Shown in pieces: positions 10,397 to 20,540 of a DNA stretch of 64,000 nt. The first letter of the stretch is position 1; each line of letters begins with the position of its first letter. Both the position numbers and the translations under genes were made by a program. Below the pieces are notes generated by a model that was given only the letters and a program-made list of their open reading frames with translations, made no database searches and was not told where the DNA came from. Origin of the DNA: a virus. Taxonomy: Duplodnaviria > Caudoviricetes. The stretch lies in the IMG/VR virus record IMGVR_UViG_3300020508_000005, positions 1 to 64,000 of that record; one strand, written 5' to 3'.

Positions 10397-11257
10397 ATGA
10401 CCACAAATGCCAACGATATAACCCTATGGCTCTCAGGCGGAGCCTCAAATATTAATGCAAACCTATCTTTAGGTGGCGATCCATCTATTTTTCCAGTCAC
10501 TAGCAATGTCTTGAATAACCTTTTTGATGACGTAAGTGCGGATGAAGCTCTAAATGGAGACGAAAATTACCGATGTATCTACATTTTTAATGATGGCGAT
10601 ACCAAAATTTGGAACGTAAAGTTGTTCATTCAATCTGATTTAGAAAATGGAGCCGTAATCGAGCTTGGTATTTACGACCGAAACGAATCTCAAAGATTGA
10701 CTATTACAGGGGCGTCTCCGTCAACGACAGGGAAACTAGTTCTTTCGTATGCAAACAAATCATTTGATTTGCTTTACAATTCAAATATTGGCACCATGGC
10801 TTCTGCGTTGCAGTCAGCTTTGGAAGCTTTGGTTAAAAATGAAGAAACCGGTGAGACTTTTTTTAAAAATGTTACCGTAACTGCTCAAGGAACAGCCGAG
10901 ACAAATATTTTTGACATAAAATGGGATGGAAAAGATGCTAAGAGAAGCTTTGAAAGCATACTATTGGCTACTGGTGGAAATCAATTAGTTCCTGCCACAA
11001 CAGTCGGTCTTTCCACAATACAAAATGGATCTCCTATAAATACAATAGCGGGAGAAATTGGCACAGAGAGTACGCCACCCGGAGGTGTGGGGTTTTTCGC
11101 AGCAACTTCCGAATCGCCAATTTCAATACCATTTTTGGGACCTGATGATGCCTTGCCAATATGGATTAAAAGAAGCGTTATTGCTGGAACAAATGCCGTT
11201 GAAAACGATAATTTCGTTTTGAGAATACGTGTCGAATCATTGGAGCCGATTGCATGA
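10397..11257 (+). CDS. Putative virion structural protein
   Basis: LSGG..SLGG..NNLFDDVS..YRCIYI..N motif typical of phage structural proteins. Confidence 0.65.
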   Translation: MTTNANDITLWLSGGASNINANLSLGGDPSIFPVTSNVLNNLFDDVSADEALNGDENYRCIYIFNDGDTKIWNVKLFIQSDLENGAVIELGIYDRNESQRLTITGASPSTTGKLVLSYANKSFDLLYNSNIGTMASALQSALEALVKNEETGETFFKNVTVTAQGTAETNIFDIKWDGKDAKRSFESILLATGGNQLVPATTVGLSTIQNGSPINTIAGEIGTESTPPGGVGFFAATSESPISIPFLGPDDALPIWIKRSVIAGTNAVENDNFVLRIRVESLEPIA

Positions 11258-11742
11258 CGATAAAACAATGCCCACAATGCAAAGAGATTGCTCATCTTTA
11301 TGGGACGGTAACAGACCTCATGCCAAATGGGTCATACAAGACTATACATATTTGTGCTGAATGTGTTCGCATATATTTTCAAATTTGCGAACATAAAGTA
11401 AAAGTCATAAATTCAGTTGATGGTCTTTTAGACTTTTTAGATTGTGTAAAATACGACAAGAGTTTGCTTGCTTGCAAGTGTGGAATTACAGAATTAGATT
11501 TAGAAAAAAATTATCAATTAGGTTGTCCCGATTGTTACGAAGTCTTCAAGGATAAATTAAATGAGATTCTAAAAGCACATCATGGATCATCTAAGCATAC
11601 AGGAAAAGTACCAAACAATACTTTAAAAGCCAATAAAGAAGATGAGCTTAAAACCCTCAAGCTCAAATACGCAAAAGCACTTGAGCTTGAAAAATATGAA
11701 GATTGTAAAAAACTCAAAAACCAAATTGATGATCTTATTTAA
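11254..11742 (+). CDS. mcsA: McsA-like protein (CxxC motifs plus UvrB/UvrC coiled coil)
   Basis: CPQC, HICAEC, LGCPDCY, HHG..HTGKVP, C-terminal ALELEKYEDCKKLKNQI. Confidence 0.8.
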   Translation: MTIKQCPQCKEIAHLYGTVTDLMPNGSYKTIHICAECVRIYFQICEHKVKVINSVDGLLDFLDCVKYDKSLLACKCGITELDLEKNYQLGCPDCYEVFKDKLNEILKAHHGSSKHTGKVPNNTLKANKEDELKTLKLKYAKALELEKYEDCKKLKNQIDDLI

Positions 11743-12694
11743 CTGAATTCATGGCTTCACAAAATTTTCTGGGATCTATTATACCGAATCCTCCATAAAA
11801 CTTTGCATCATGTAAATCTATATTGTTCAAGGCAACGGTATACCTTCTTAACATTTCTCTGCACTCGTCAGACGTTCTAATTTGAAACCCAGAGTTTCCT
11901 TTCTTGCTGTAGGCAATCATTAGGGCGGCTACACCTACGGCAAATGGACAAGCCATAGAAGTTCCAGATAAGGTTGCATACCAATCATCTGGAACTGTAG
12001 AAAATATGTCTACGCCGGGTGCCATGAAATCTAAGTTCTGGCCGGTATTAGAAAAGTCTGCTCTAGTAAAATTTTCATTTATAGCACCGACTGCAATTGA
12101 TTCAGGATAATTTGCAGGATAGAAAATCTCTTCCGTTTTACCTGCATTTCCGGCAGCACAAAATGTTATTGTGCCTTTAGATTCAGCGTATTGAATGGCT
12201 TTTCTAACTTGTTGTACTTTTATTGGTGCCCCAAGACTCATGGTAATTAAATCAACACCTTGATCAGCAGCCCATTTAATCCCTTGACACACACTTAGCA
12301 TGTTGCCAATTCCTTTTTTGTCAAGCACTTTTACAGGTCGCACTTTGGCTTTAGGGCACACACCCACCATGCCAATATCATTGTCTTTGGCCACCAAAAT
12401 ACCAGTAATGTGCGTTCCGTGTCCATTTTCATCTATTGGTAACTTTCCTGTCTCAACAAAATTAATTCCATCAAGTAGATTCTCTTTCAGATCTGGGTGA
12501 TCCAAATCACAACCAGTGTCCAATACCGCTATGACAACATCTTCGCCTTTAGTTTTCTCCCAAGTTTTGGGCAAATCGAAAGCAGTTATCCCCCACCCAG
12601 ATTTTTGTTTAGCTTCTTGAATAGACAAACAATCTGTACGTTCAAATGGCAATAACTTACATTTATACTTGGAATCAGAATCCTTCTTAGCCAT
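11735..12694 (-). CDS. Subtilisin-like S8 serine peptidase
   Basis: VLDTG, NGHGTH, AAGN, GTSMACP catalytic motifs. Confidence 0.93.
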   Translation of the reverse strand: MAKKDSDSKYKCKLLPFERTDCLSIQEAKQKSGWGITAFDLPKTWEKTKGEDVVIAVLDTGCDLDHPDLKENLLDGINFVETGKLPIDENGHGTHITGILVAKDNDIGMVGVCPKAKVRPVKVLDKKGIGNMLSVCQGIKWAADQGVDLITMSLGAPIKVQQVRKAIQYAESKGTITFCAAGNAGKTEEIFYPANYPESIAVGAINENFTRADFSNTGQNLDFMAPGVDIFSTVPDDWYATLSGTSMACPFAVGVAALMIAYSKKGNSGFQIRTSDECREMLRRYTVALNNIDLHDAKFYGGFGIIDPRKFCEAMNSVK

Positions 12695-12727
12695 AATATT
12701 GTTGCCTCCTACACAAAAAATACACAC

Positions 12728-14614
12728 TTATTTAGAGATAATAGTTGATAATTCAAGTTGTTTCTTTATTTCACCCCACATTCGTTCGACAGAAACTCCT
12801 GTAACACATTCCTGAACCCCTCTTTCACAAGTTGTGGTGGCGACACATGGCAAAGCTTTTCTGTGATGGCAACCAATGCAATCTAAGTTACTTGCCACCA
12901 CAGCCGTAATGCTTTTGTTTATGAGACGTGTTTCAGGGATGATGGAGCCAAAAAATGCCACACCTTTTACGCCAAATGTTTCTGCTACCATCATAGGAAA
13001 TGAATCAGTTCCTATGAAAAAATACGAATGCTTGATTATATCAGCTAATTGTGCGATGTTTGTCATGCCTCTTAAGTCAAGGTCAGTACACACAGGCTTA
13101 TGATCAGATAAAGTTCCGACACAAACTATTTTGTGTCCCTCTGATCGTAAGCGATTAGAAATTTGATCAAATTTTATAGTTGACCAACCTCTTCCTGCCC
13201 AAAATGTATTACCTGCGTGCATGACCACGAACTTTTCGGGCAATTGATGATTTGTTGCCTCTGTTTTTAAAAATAATTGGCAATCTTTAGATTGAACACC
13301 AACAGCATCTGCGTAAGACTCTAAAAAGTTTGTTGAAGGGCGATATTCATAGGCCATGTCAAGGTTAAAAAAGAGATTAAATTGACGCTCAGAATAGTCG
13401 TTGATTATTTGGTCAATCCAAGGATTTCCTTCCACAACTTCTGGGCAATCAGTTGAAAAAACAATTTTTGCTTTAGGGTATTTTTTCTTCAAGGCGGGAG
13501 CTACAGCAGCAGCAACTAAAACGTCTCCATGAGCCATTTGTCGCCTAATAAGAATGCTGTTTATTTCTGGAAGCTTTTCTAATCGTGGGCTATCAATAAG
13601 AGAATCAATTCTTCCTGATCTAATCCATTTATTGAAAAACATTACTTCTCCATGTTTTTCAAATTTGTCTAAAGGTCTAAAAGGTTTGTGATATGATCTT
13701 GCAGATTGTTGATACAAAACCTTACGACCTTTTTCTTTCAACATGCAACAAAAATCAGCATCGCTCCAATTTTGATGAAACAAGGTCGAAGAAAAGCCAC
13801 CAAGCTCTTGAAAGTCCGCTCGATTGACAGCCATAAAGTTACTACTTACAACTTGCCTATCGCCAGATTGAAAAATATCTAAAGGCACATTGTTCATCTG
13901 AAATGGCTTCTGCAATTTTTTACCTTTGTAAATTTTAGACCCTATTTGCAAAAAAGAATTATTTTCCCATGACCATTCTAAGCCTGATTCAATGACACTA
14001 TCTTCTTGTTCATTGACATGCAAACCACCAACAGCCCCAACGTTTTTTTGTAAAACTGCTTTAGCCATACTGGTAATCGAGCCGGGAAATAATTTGCTTT
14101 CTGGGTGTAAGAACAAGAGAATTTTCCCGGTTGCTACTTCTGCACCAAAATTACAGCAGGCTCCATAACCTTGTGTTGCAGACCCAACATAAATTCTTCC
14201 CATGCCTTTCGGAGCTTCATTTTTGCGTTGCTCCAAAAGTTTTGCAACTTTGCTTCCAGTCTGCCAAGGGCAATTATCATCAACAAAAATAAACTCTACT
14301 CTTAGACCATCATGTGAAAAGTCCCAAGAGTCTACAAGATCATCTAAAGTGTTCATGTACAAAGGGCAAATTACAGAAATGTCTGCTTTCTGACTGTAAG
14401 TAAACCAAGTTGGCGTGGGAAGCAATGAGTAAAGTTGTCCGCTCGAATACGTCAAATCTAAAAGCATGCTTTTGTCGTGGTGTTGTGAAATTCTGAAAGC
14501 CTTACTAGGCTTTTTATTTACAGCAATTGATTGAATCACTTTAGGTTTTTTCAATGTCTTGACAGATTTTTTGAATTGGTTTTTTAGATAAGTCATGTAA
14601 TTGCCTTTCATCAC
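12728..14614 (-). CDS. Fused GT2 + GT9 (heptosyltransferase-like) glycosyltransferase
   Basis: FIFVDD and GYGACCN (GT2); HGDVL, DLRG.TNIAQLA..I, GTDS (GT9). Confidence 0.85.
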   Translation of the reverse strand: MMKGNYMTYLKNQFKKSVKTLKKPKVIQSIAVNKKPSKAFRISQHHDKSMLLDLTYSSGQLYSLLPTPTWFTYSQKADISVICPLYMNTLDDLVDSWDFSHDGLRVEFIFVDDNCPWQTGSKVAKLLEQRKNEAPKGMGRIYVGSATQGYGACCNFGAEVATGKILLFLHPESKLFPGSITSMAKAVLQKNVGAVGGLHVNEQEDSVIESGLEWSWENNSFLQIGSKIYKGKKLQKPFQMNNVPLDIFQSGDRQVVSSNFMAVNRADFQELGGFSSTLFHQNWSDADFCCMLKEKGRKVLYQQSARSYHKPFRPLDKFEKHGEVMFFNKWIRSGRIDSLIDSPRLEKLPEINSILIRRQMAHGDVLVAAAVAPALKKKYPKAKIVFSTDCPEVVEGNPWIDQIINDYSERQFNLFFNLDMAYEYRPSTNFLESYADAVGVQSKDCQLFLKTEATNHQLPEKFVVMHAGNTFWAGRGWSTIKFDQISNRLRSEGHKIVCVGTLSDHKPVCTDLDLRGMTNIAQLADIIKHSYFFIGTDSFPMMVAETFGVKGVAFFGSIIPETRLINKSITAVVASNLDCIGCHHRKALPCVATTTCERGVQECVTGVSVERMWGEIKKQLELSTIISK

Positions 14615-14662
14615 ATCTATATTGCTCTATATAATAACAAAGTATTTTAGGAATTTTGTATA

Positions 14663-15604
14663 ATGATAAATCGAAATCAAAGAACGCAAAGAATCCAAGA
14701 AAAAAGAAATTGCAATCAGACACATAAAACAGACATGCGAAAGCTTGTCAGTGCCAAAAAAATATCACGTCCACTAAAAGCAAAAATGACTAAATCTTTG
14801 GATTATGGTTTTATATCTGGAGGAATTGGGGATGTTATTGCAGTTGAAAGTTTTTTATCAACAGAACATAGAAATCGATTAAAAACCATTTTTTATGCAA
14901 CTAAAAAACAGCAAGAAATTGAACAGCTTTTCAAATCTCTTACAAATTATCCTAACCTTGAAGAGCATCTAAGTGTATGGGATGACTTTTCACAATTTTG
15001 GTGTTTTTATTCTTTACAAGACTATTTAAATAAATCTAGACACATACAACCACTTAAGACGCAAGCGAGAGTTGCAACAGATTTGAGCATCTTATCGGTT
15101 TTTGAGAATATAAAAAGTGGACTTTATCAATACAATCATTCGTCTTTTTTACAACAAGAATTAACAAATATTGTCCACTTAAATCTACCTAGTAATTACG
15201 TTGTTGTCTTGCCTTATAGTACCGACAAAAGAATTAAAAAAAGAGATTTTACCGAAGAAGATTGGAATCAAATTCTGAAAACTCTTAAAGATTCTCAAAT
15301 TAAAGGCGTTGTCATAAATTCTGAAAATGAAGAAATTCCTGAAAGCGATTTGTTGATAAATTTAAGTCAAAAGACTACTTTAACAGAAGCTATTGAGGTG
15401 CTTAAGATGGCCAAGGGCTATTTTGGTATTGATTCTTGGATGTCTGTTTTAGCTGCCAAGCTTTTTGATATTCCCAATTTGCAGATTAAGTCGCAAAATG
15501 AACATTGTTATAATAATTCTGCATTTTACTTTGCTCCTAAAACAAATTTTGAGTTTATGGTAAAACAAATAATAGCACCAAGCCTACCTTTGATATTTTA
15601 TTAA
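14663..15604 (+). CDS. GT9-like glycosyltransferase
   Basis: GGIGDV and YFGIDS..SVLAA. Confidence 0.7.
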   Translation: MINRNQRTQRIQEKRNCNQTHKTDMRKLVSAKKISRPLKAKMTKSLDYGFISGGIGDVIAVESFLSTEHRNRLKTIFYATKKQQEIEQLFKSLTNYPNLEEHLSVWDDFSQFWCFYSLQDYLNKSRHIQPLKTQARVATDLSILSVFENIKSGLYQYNHSSFLQQELTNIVHLNLPSNYVVVLPYSTDKRIKKRDFTEEDWNQILKTLKDSQIKGVVINSENEEIPESDLLINLSQKTTLTEAIEVLKMAKGYFGIDSWMSVLAAKLFDIPNLQIKSQNEHCYNNSAFYFAPKTNFEFMVKQIIAPSLPLIFY

Positions 15605-15609
15605 AAGAA

Positions 15610-16263
15610 ATGGACATTTTTATGGACCCAATAATCGCACGCTATTCATCAATATCTTTTGATGAACTTTCTTGGTGTCAAAATGAAGGCATAATGTATC
15701 AGACCGATATGTCTCAATCTGTTGAATATGGAGTTGATTACTATGAAAAATATGTGGGATATGAATCAACTATTATTGCAAAAAAGCTTAATGAAGGCAG
15801 AACTAACATAACAAGTAGGTTTTGCGAAAGCATCCTTGACATTGGCGTAGGCTCTGGTGAGTTTATCAAAAATTCAAAAATCAAAACTTACGGTTTTGAT
15901 ATTAATCCTGTAGCAGTTGAATGGTTGAAAAAATTAGATTTGTATAAAGATCCATATTTAGATATGCCTGATGTTGATGGATTGACTTTTTGGGATTCAC
16001 TTGAGCATATTCCAGACCCGAATGCCTTACTTTGTCTGATGCAGTCAAATCAGTATGCTTTTATATCAATTCCAATATTTGATGATTTACAAAAAATCAA
16101 GATGAGCAAACACTATAGGCCCAATGAGCATTACTACTATTTTACTCAAGAGGGGCTTAAAAAATACATGGAAGATTCAGGCTTTAAATTTATTGCTTGT
16201 GAGGGCTTCGAAATAGAAGCTGGAAGAGAAGACATTCTCACTTTTGTTTTTCGCAAAAAATAA
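15610..16263 (+). CDS. Class I SAM-dependent methyltransferase
   Basis: ILDIGVGSG, GFDIN, WDSLEHI. Confidence 0.85.
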   Translation: MDIFMDPIIARYSSISFDELSWCQNEGIMYQTDMSQSVEYGVDYYEKYVGYESTIIAKKLNEGRTNITSRFCESILDIGVGSGEFIKNSKIKTYGFDINPVAVEWLKKLDLYKDPYLDMPDVDGLTFWDSLEHIPDPNALLCLMQSNQYAFISIPIFDDLQKIKMSKHYRPNEHYYYFTQEGLKKYMEDSGFKFIACEGFEIEAGREDILTFVFRKK

Positions 16264-16268
16264 ATTTA

Positions 16269-16646
16269 TCACATTGTAGGATTTCTAAAAGCGGATCTAG
16301 CTTGATTAAGATTAAGCCTTGCTCCACGACGTGCGGCACTATCGCTTTTTGCTTGTAATAATTGTTGCACTTGTGCATTAAATGCTTGTTGTGCTTGCAA
16401 AATTACATTTACAGGTTTTTGAGCCAAAGATTGTGTAGCTCTGCGTAGATGTTGTGCAGTTTGTCCGCTTAAAGCATCGTAAGGATTTTCCGTGTTGTTT
16501 GCCTGTTGCATAGGACTAGATTGCATAGGTGCAGGGCTTGGAGGCATGTCTGGCTGAGCGTTTTGAGCCGCATCAGGCTGACCAAAAGCGTTTGAATAAA
16601 GTTCGTGAAACCTTTTCTGGGTTTTCCATTGATTGTATGAATTCAT
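16269..16646 (-). CDS. Gln/Ala-rich hypothetical, possible internal head protein
   Basis: N-terminus MNSYNQWK; overlaps upstream gene by ATGA. Confidence 0.6.
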   Translation of the reverse strand: MNSYNQWKTQKRFHELYSNAFGQPDAAQNAQPDMPPSPAPMQSSPMQQANNTENPYDALSGQTAQHLRRATQSLAQKPVNVILQAQQAFNAQVQQLLQAKSDSAARRGARLNLNQARSAFRNPTM

Positions 16647-17014
16647 AACATTTCTCCTAAATTTGGATCTTGATTGGTGGTTACTGCACCATTCATTCCG
16701 GTGGGGATCATTTTTTTATTTTGCTTTTCTTCAGGACTATTTACAGATTGATTTCTTAAATCTTCCAATCCTTTTTTTATTTTTGTCGGCCAGCTAGCAA
16801 TTTGCTCTCTGCTTACTCCCAGTAAGGATGAAAGCCCTTCCGGGTTTTTGCACAAAGAGATCAATTCATCCCAAAAAGGAGTTTGATTATCGTGATGAAG
16901 ATCTCGGCCAGCTTTTAATACAGCCATAACAGAACGATTGTCATCGCCACCCATAAGAGGGGATGATTTTTTACGATTTTCTATTTGTTCCCATAATTGT
17001 TGTAACGAGACCAT
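16643..17014 (-). CDS. Hypothetical protein
   Basis: 123-aa ORF in a tight operon. Confidence 0.65.
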   Translation of the reverse strand: MVSLQQLWEQIENRKKSSPLMGGDDNRSVMAVLKAGRDLHHDNQTPFWDELISLCKNPEGLSSLLGVSREQIASWPTKIKKGLEDLRNQSVNSPEEKQNKKMIPTGMNGAVTTNQDPNLGEML

Positions 17015-17022
17015 CGAGTCAC

Positions 17023-17322
17023 CTATCCACTAAATCCTATACTTGCCACATTTCTTGTAGATACAGGAAATCTGTCTTTTTTGTCTGCAATCATTGAAAA
17101 TCTATCTTTCGGGATACGATCTCTTTTATTGAATCCAAACAATATTTCAGGCTTAATTGTCTTGGAATCACTATCCTTAGAATTTTCACCATCACTGGTA
17201 GAAATTTTAGACCGAACCGGCATATTAACATTCAAATTTTGGTTCGGAGCCTCACCTATGCCGCCGTGCAACACGCCAGTTCCTACTGTAGATTCTTTTT
17301 GAAGCCAATCTTTGAATTTCAC
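17023..17322 (-). CDS. Hypothetical with capsid-targeting-like leader
   Basis: MKFKDWLQKES; CTATATA motif just upstream. Confidence 0.65.
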   Translation of the reverse strand: MKFKDWLQKESTVGTGVLHGGIGEAPNQNLNVNMPVRSKISTSDGENSKDSDSKTIKPEILFGFNKRDRIPKDRFSMIADKKDRFPVSTRNVASIGFSG

Positions 17323-17353
17323 AACAGTATATAGAGACTGAAACTAAGATTAA

Positions 17354-18136
17354 TCAATAGTTCATCCATATGACTTCCAGTTTGCGGTCCTTATTTGATC
17401 CTTGAACGTTTTTCTTTTTGGTTTTCCAGCCTTTCAAAGATCTGTTGTAAAGAGGGCAAGAACTACCACTTATTAAGACTTTGCCACGAGCATTTTTAGC
17501 TAAGGCAATCAACTGGATATGATCCTCAACACTCATAAGATGTTTTTGAGATGAGTTATTTTCTTCTTTAGAATTCGGCAAATTAGGCGGATCAAGATAC
17601 CAAAAAGTATCATCTTCATCCCAGACTTTCAATACATCAAATACTGGCACATTTAAAATGGTACAGTTTGCAATTCTTTCAGCTATCAAAGCAAGCTCTG
17701 CAATAGTTTTTGGCCAAGTTGTGTTTCCTACGTAGTAGGTCTTTTTCATTCCATTTCTACTTAAACGACGCAAAACCAGTTCATTAAGACCCTGATCAAC
17801 ATAATCCTCATAGTCATTTTCAGATTTGATTTGAGCGGCCTTAAAAGCTTTTTCACTTATTCTAATCTTCTTAAGCCTATCAAAAAACTCTTTAGGCTCG
17901 TCTCGTAAAGATTTGAATATGCACATCAAGTCTTTATCTATATCATTTAAAACTTCTTCCTTGGATGCTTTTTTGTTAAGAAATACCGAGGCTCCCGCAC
18001 ACAAGGGTTCGACAAAAGTCAACTCCTCATAGTTTTGAGGAAAATGTTCAATAATCCAACTTGCTAAAGTAGCTTTACTCCCTTGGGTCTTCACTGGAGG
18101 TTTCACTTTCTTCTTCATAATATTCCTCACTGTCAT
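17354..18136 (-). CDS. Dam-family (D12) DNA adenine methyltransferase-like, degenerate motifs
   Basis: FVEPLCAGASV, EVLNDID, YLDPPN (instead of DPPY). Confidence 0.8.
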   Translation of the reverse strand: MTVRNIMKKKVKPPVKTQGSKATLASWIIEHFPQNYEELTFVEPLCAGASVFLNKKASKEEVLNDIDKDLMCIFKSLRDEPKEFFDRLKKIRISEKAFKAAQIKSENDYEDYVDQGLNELVLRRLSRNGMKKTYYVGNTTWPKTIAELALIAERIANCTILNVPVFDVLKVWDEDDTFWYLDPPNLPNSKEENNSSQKHLMSVEDHIQLIALAKNARGKVLISGSSCPLYNRSLKGWKTKKKNVQGSNKDRKLEVIWMNY

Positions 18137-18329
18137 CAGCTTTGTGAATTAATTTGCCGCACAAGCAACACTTCCAATCATAGTTGCTGTATCCTTGTTT
18201 TGAGCCATTATAGAAAGCTCCCGTATCAGGCATTTTGTCGTCATGACACTCTATGCACATGGCAGAAATAACGCGATCCTCTTCAGGGACTTCCATGTCA
18301 ATAAAAAGATAACAATCTAAATCATTCAT
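18075..18329 (-). CDS. Small Zn-ribbon protein
   Basis: CIEC...CCLC, acidic tail. Confidence 0.6.
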   Translation of the reverse strand: MNDLDCYLFIDMEVPEEDRVISAMCIECHDDKMPDTGAFYNGSKQGYSNYDWKCCLCGKLIHKADDSEEYYEEESETSSEDPRE

Positions 18330-18385
18330 AGTAAATACAATAGAGTATCAAATCTATAAATATTCAAATTTCTTGAGGTTACCTT

Positions 18386-18733
18386 ATGGACAAAAGACAA
18401 GCTTGTTCGAACCCCTATACACTCCCTCGTGCAACCATGTTGGCTATGCTTGAAAGTAAAATAGATAGAACTAAAGCTATCGTGGTAGGGACGGATCAAA
18501 TTATAGACCTAACTAATATGGACTTTAATGAATACAGAACAAAAATAAGCAATGGGGAGTGGTCTTACTATGAAGAGTACTTGCCAAGACGAATGCTTAT
18601 TAGCAATCCAAACTGGAAAGTATTGAGCTTTGAGCCTAAGACAAGATTTGTCTGCGTAGAAATCACATCTACAAAAGGAACCAGATTGCTTAACTTTACT
18701 TTGCCAGAGTTGTATCCAAGTCTTACGAAATAA
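18386..18733 (+). CDS. Hypothetical protein
   Basis: GAGG SD, upstream TATAAATA, downstream terminator. Confidence 0.7.
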   Translation: MDKRQACSNPYTLPRATMLAMLESKIDRTKAIVVGTDQIIDLTNMDFNEYRTKISNGEWSYYEEYLPRRMLISNPNWKVLSFEPKTRFVCVEITSTKGTRLLNFTLPELYPSLTK

Positions 18734-18763
18734 AAAACCGCTTCTCTTGAGAAGCGGTTTTTT
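18732..18763. terminator. Bidirectional intrinsic terminator
   Basis: aaaaaaccgcttctc-tt-gagaagcggtttttt between convergent genes. Confidence 0.85.
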
Positions 18764-18784
18764 ATTTTTTCAAATCATTAAAAC

Positions 18785-19321
18785 TTACTTATCAAAAGTA
18801 AGCCATGTCAAAAATGCATTAGCATCCATGAAGCCACTCGCAGTTTTTATTTTAGCTTCATTAGAATTTGTCACAACATAAGAAGGCAAACCGGTTATGC
18901 TGAATTTCCCTACGCCACTTCTGTCTTTGTCTGTATCAACATACACAACGACATAGTTTTTCATGGCATCTTTTACTTTTTTGTTTGACAAAGTCTCCGA
19001 TTTCATTCTTTTACAATACGCACACCAATCAGCAGTGTAAATTACGAGAATTTGTTTTTTCAAATCTCTAGCTGTGCTAATGGCATCAGAATAACTTAGC
19101 GTTTCGATTTGCTCATTCAACTTGCTAGGTTCTGTTTTTTCATTGTCGTTTGGTTTTGAAGATTTATTAGGTGGCATGTTGCCATTCCAACTATCATCCC
19201 ATTTCCATTGCGATTCTTGCGATTGAGCCCTACGGCCTTTGTTCATGCTAATAAACAATGCTCCGCACACCACTGCGGCCAATCCAACCAAGAAAATCAT
19301 CATGATTTTACGATGGTCCAT
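18785..19321 (-). CDS. Membrane-anchored thioredoxin-family protein
   Basis: N-terminal hydrophobic helix; ADWCAYC; GLPS cis-Pro loop. Confidence 0.85.
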   Translation of the reverse strand: MDHRKIMMIFLVGLAAVVCGALFISMNKGRRAQSQESQWKWDDSWNGNMPPNKSSKPNDNEKTEPSKLNEQIETLSYSDAISTARDLKKQILVIYTADWCAYCKRMKSETLSNKKVKDAMKNYVVVYVDTDKDRSGVGKFSITGLPSYVVTNSNEAKIKTASGFMDANAFLTWLTFDK

Positions 19322-19389
19322 ATAACCTCCTTATCTGTTAGCAACTAACAAATATGTATGATTATTAGGACTTTCTAGACCTTAGATAT

Positions 19390-19731
19390 TTAGCAGCTAA
19401 ATGAACTTCCGCAGCCACAAGATTTAGTTGCATTTGGATTGTCAAAAACAAAACCACGCTTATCTAAACCATCATGGTAATCAACTGTAACTCCATCAAG
19501 GTATAAAAGAGACTTGTTGTCAACTACTGCGTCTAAACCTTCAAATGAAAACTGTGTTGAATTCAGTTGATCAATTTCAGATTTGTTTTTGAAGCCAAGC
19601 TTGTACTGAAATCCAGTGCAGCCCCCTCCAACAACACCAACTTCCAATACGCTTTCTTGGTCTGAAATATTTTGTTCTTTCATAACTCGTTTGATTTCGT
19701 TTACTGCTTTTTCAGTTACATTAATTGACAT
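19390..19731 (-). CDS. iscA: IscA/HesB Fe-S cluster carrier
   Basis: GGGCTGFQY, NPNA..SCGCGSSF. Confidence 0.93.
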   Translation of the reverse strand: MSINVTEKAVNEIKRVMKEQNISDQESVLEVGVVGGGCTGFQYKLGFKNKSEIDQLNSTQFSFEGLDAVVDNKSLLYLDGVTVDYHDGLDKRGFVFDNPNATKSCGCGSSFSC

Positions 19732-19990
19732 TTTGTTCTCCTAAAAAAATAAGACCTGTTTTTTCGCCGACTTGTCCGTAATCAATTACAATCCCTGTAG
19801 TGTTTACTTTGCTTGAAATCACAATTGAAAGCTCACCGTTTTTCATGGTAGTGCCTATCGGATTTCTGGTAAAGCTCATTCCGAGATTGCCATCATAAAC
19901 ACCTATTTCTAAAAAGGTGGTAGTGACATCCAATCCTTTAGATTTCATAACATTTAATATTGCACTAGTTGCAGAGTCTGTGATTCTCAT
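19721..19990 (-). CDS. Cys-less IscA/HesB-like paralogue
   Basis: MRITDSA..I..VM, FLEIGV, GIVIDY...GLIF align with the adjacent IscA; no Cys. Confidence 0.55.
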   Translation of the reverse strand: MRITDSATSAILNVMKSKGLDVTTTFLEIGVYDGNLGMSFTRNPIGTTMKNGELSIVISSKVNTTGIVIDYGQVGEKTGLIFLGEQNVN

Positions 19991-20039
19991 GTGTTAATTG
20001 AGTATTCAAATTTCTATAAATTAATGCTAAATATTTAAT

Positions 20040-20540
20040 ATGAAGCATTTTAATGAATCTAGTTTAGACGATCTTTTCAATCATGCCGTTATTGCGTTTC
20101 CGAACACAAAAATGAGACAGCACGCAGTGCAGCCTATTGTAATTGAAACTTTGCGTTATACCCCATTTATTGGCATGAAGACTTTGTTTATTAAAGGACA
20201 TGCAAGAAACGAAGACAGACATTACGACACAATCATCTTGTTCAAGAATGTCGATTATACCAATGAGCAAGTAAAAATAAAAGCTAGCGACAATAAATTA
20301 TACCAATTTGGTAAATTGTCACTAGAATCTACCGATGTATTGGTGCGATGCTCTTGTCCAGATTTCAAATGGCGTTTCAATTATTATGATCATTTAGATA
20401 GATCACTGTACGGCACAAAAAGATCCAAATACGAAGGATCGACGGGAATTGCTGCCAATCCAAAACAGTTGCCCGGAATGTGCAAACATTTAATGGCTAC
20501 AACTAAACTCTTACATGAATCAGGAATATTTTTGGACTAA
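20040..20540 (+). CDS. SWIM zinc-finger protein
   Basis: CSCPDF...MCKH. Confidence 0.75.
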   Translation: MKHFNESSLDDLFNHAVIAFPNTKMRQHAVQPIVIETLRYTPFIGMKTLFIKGHARNEDRHYDTIILFKNVDYTNEQVKIKASDNKLYQFGKLSLESTDVLVRCSCPDFKWRFNYYDHLDRSLYGTKRSKYEGSTGIAANPKQLPGMCKHLMATTKLLHESGIFLD

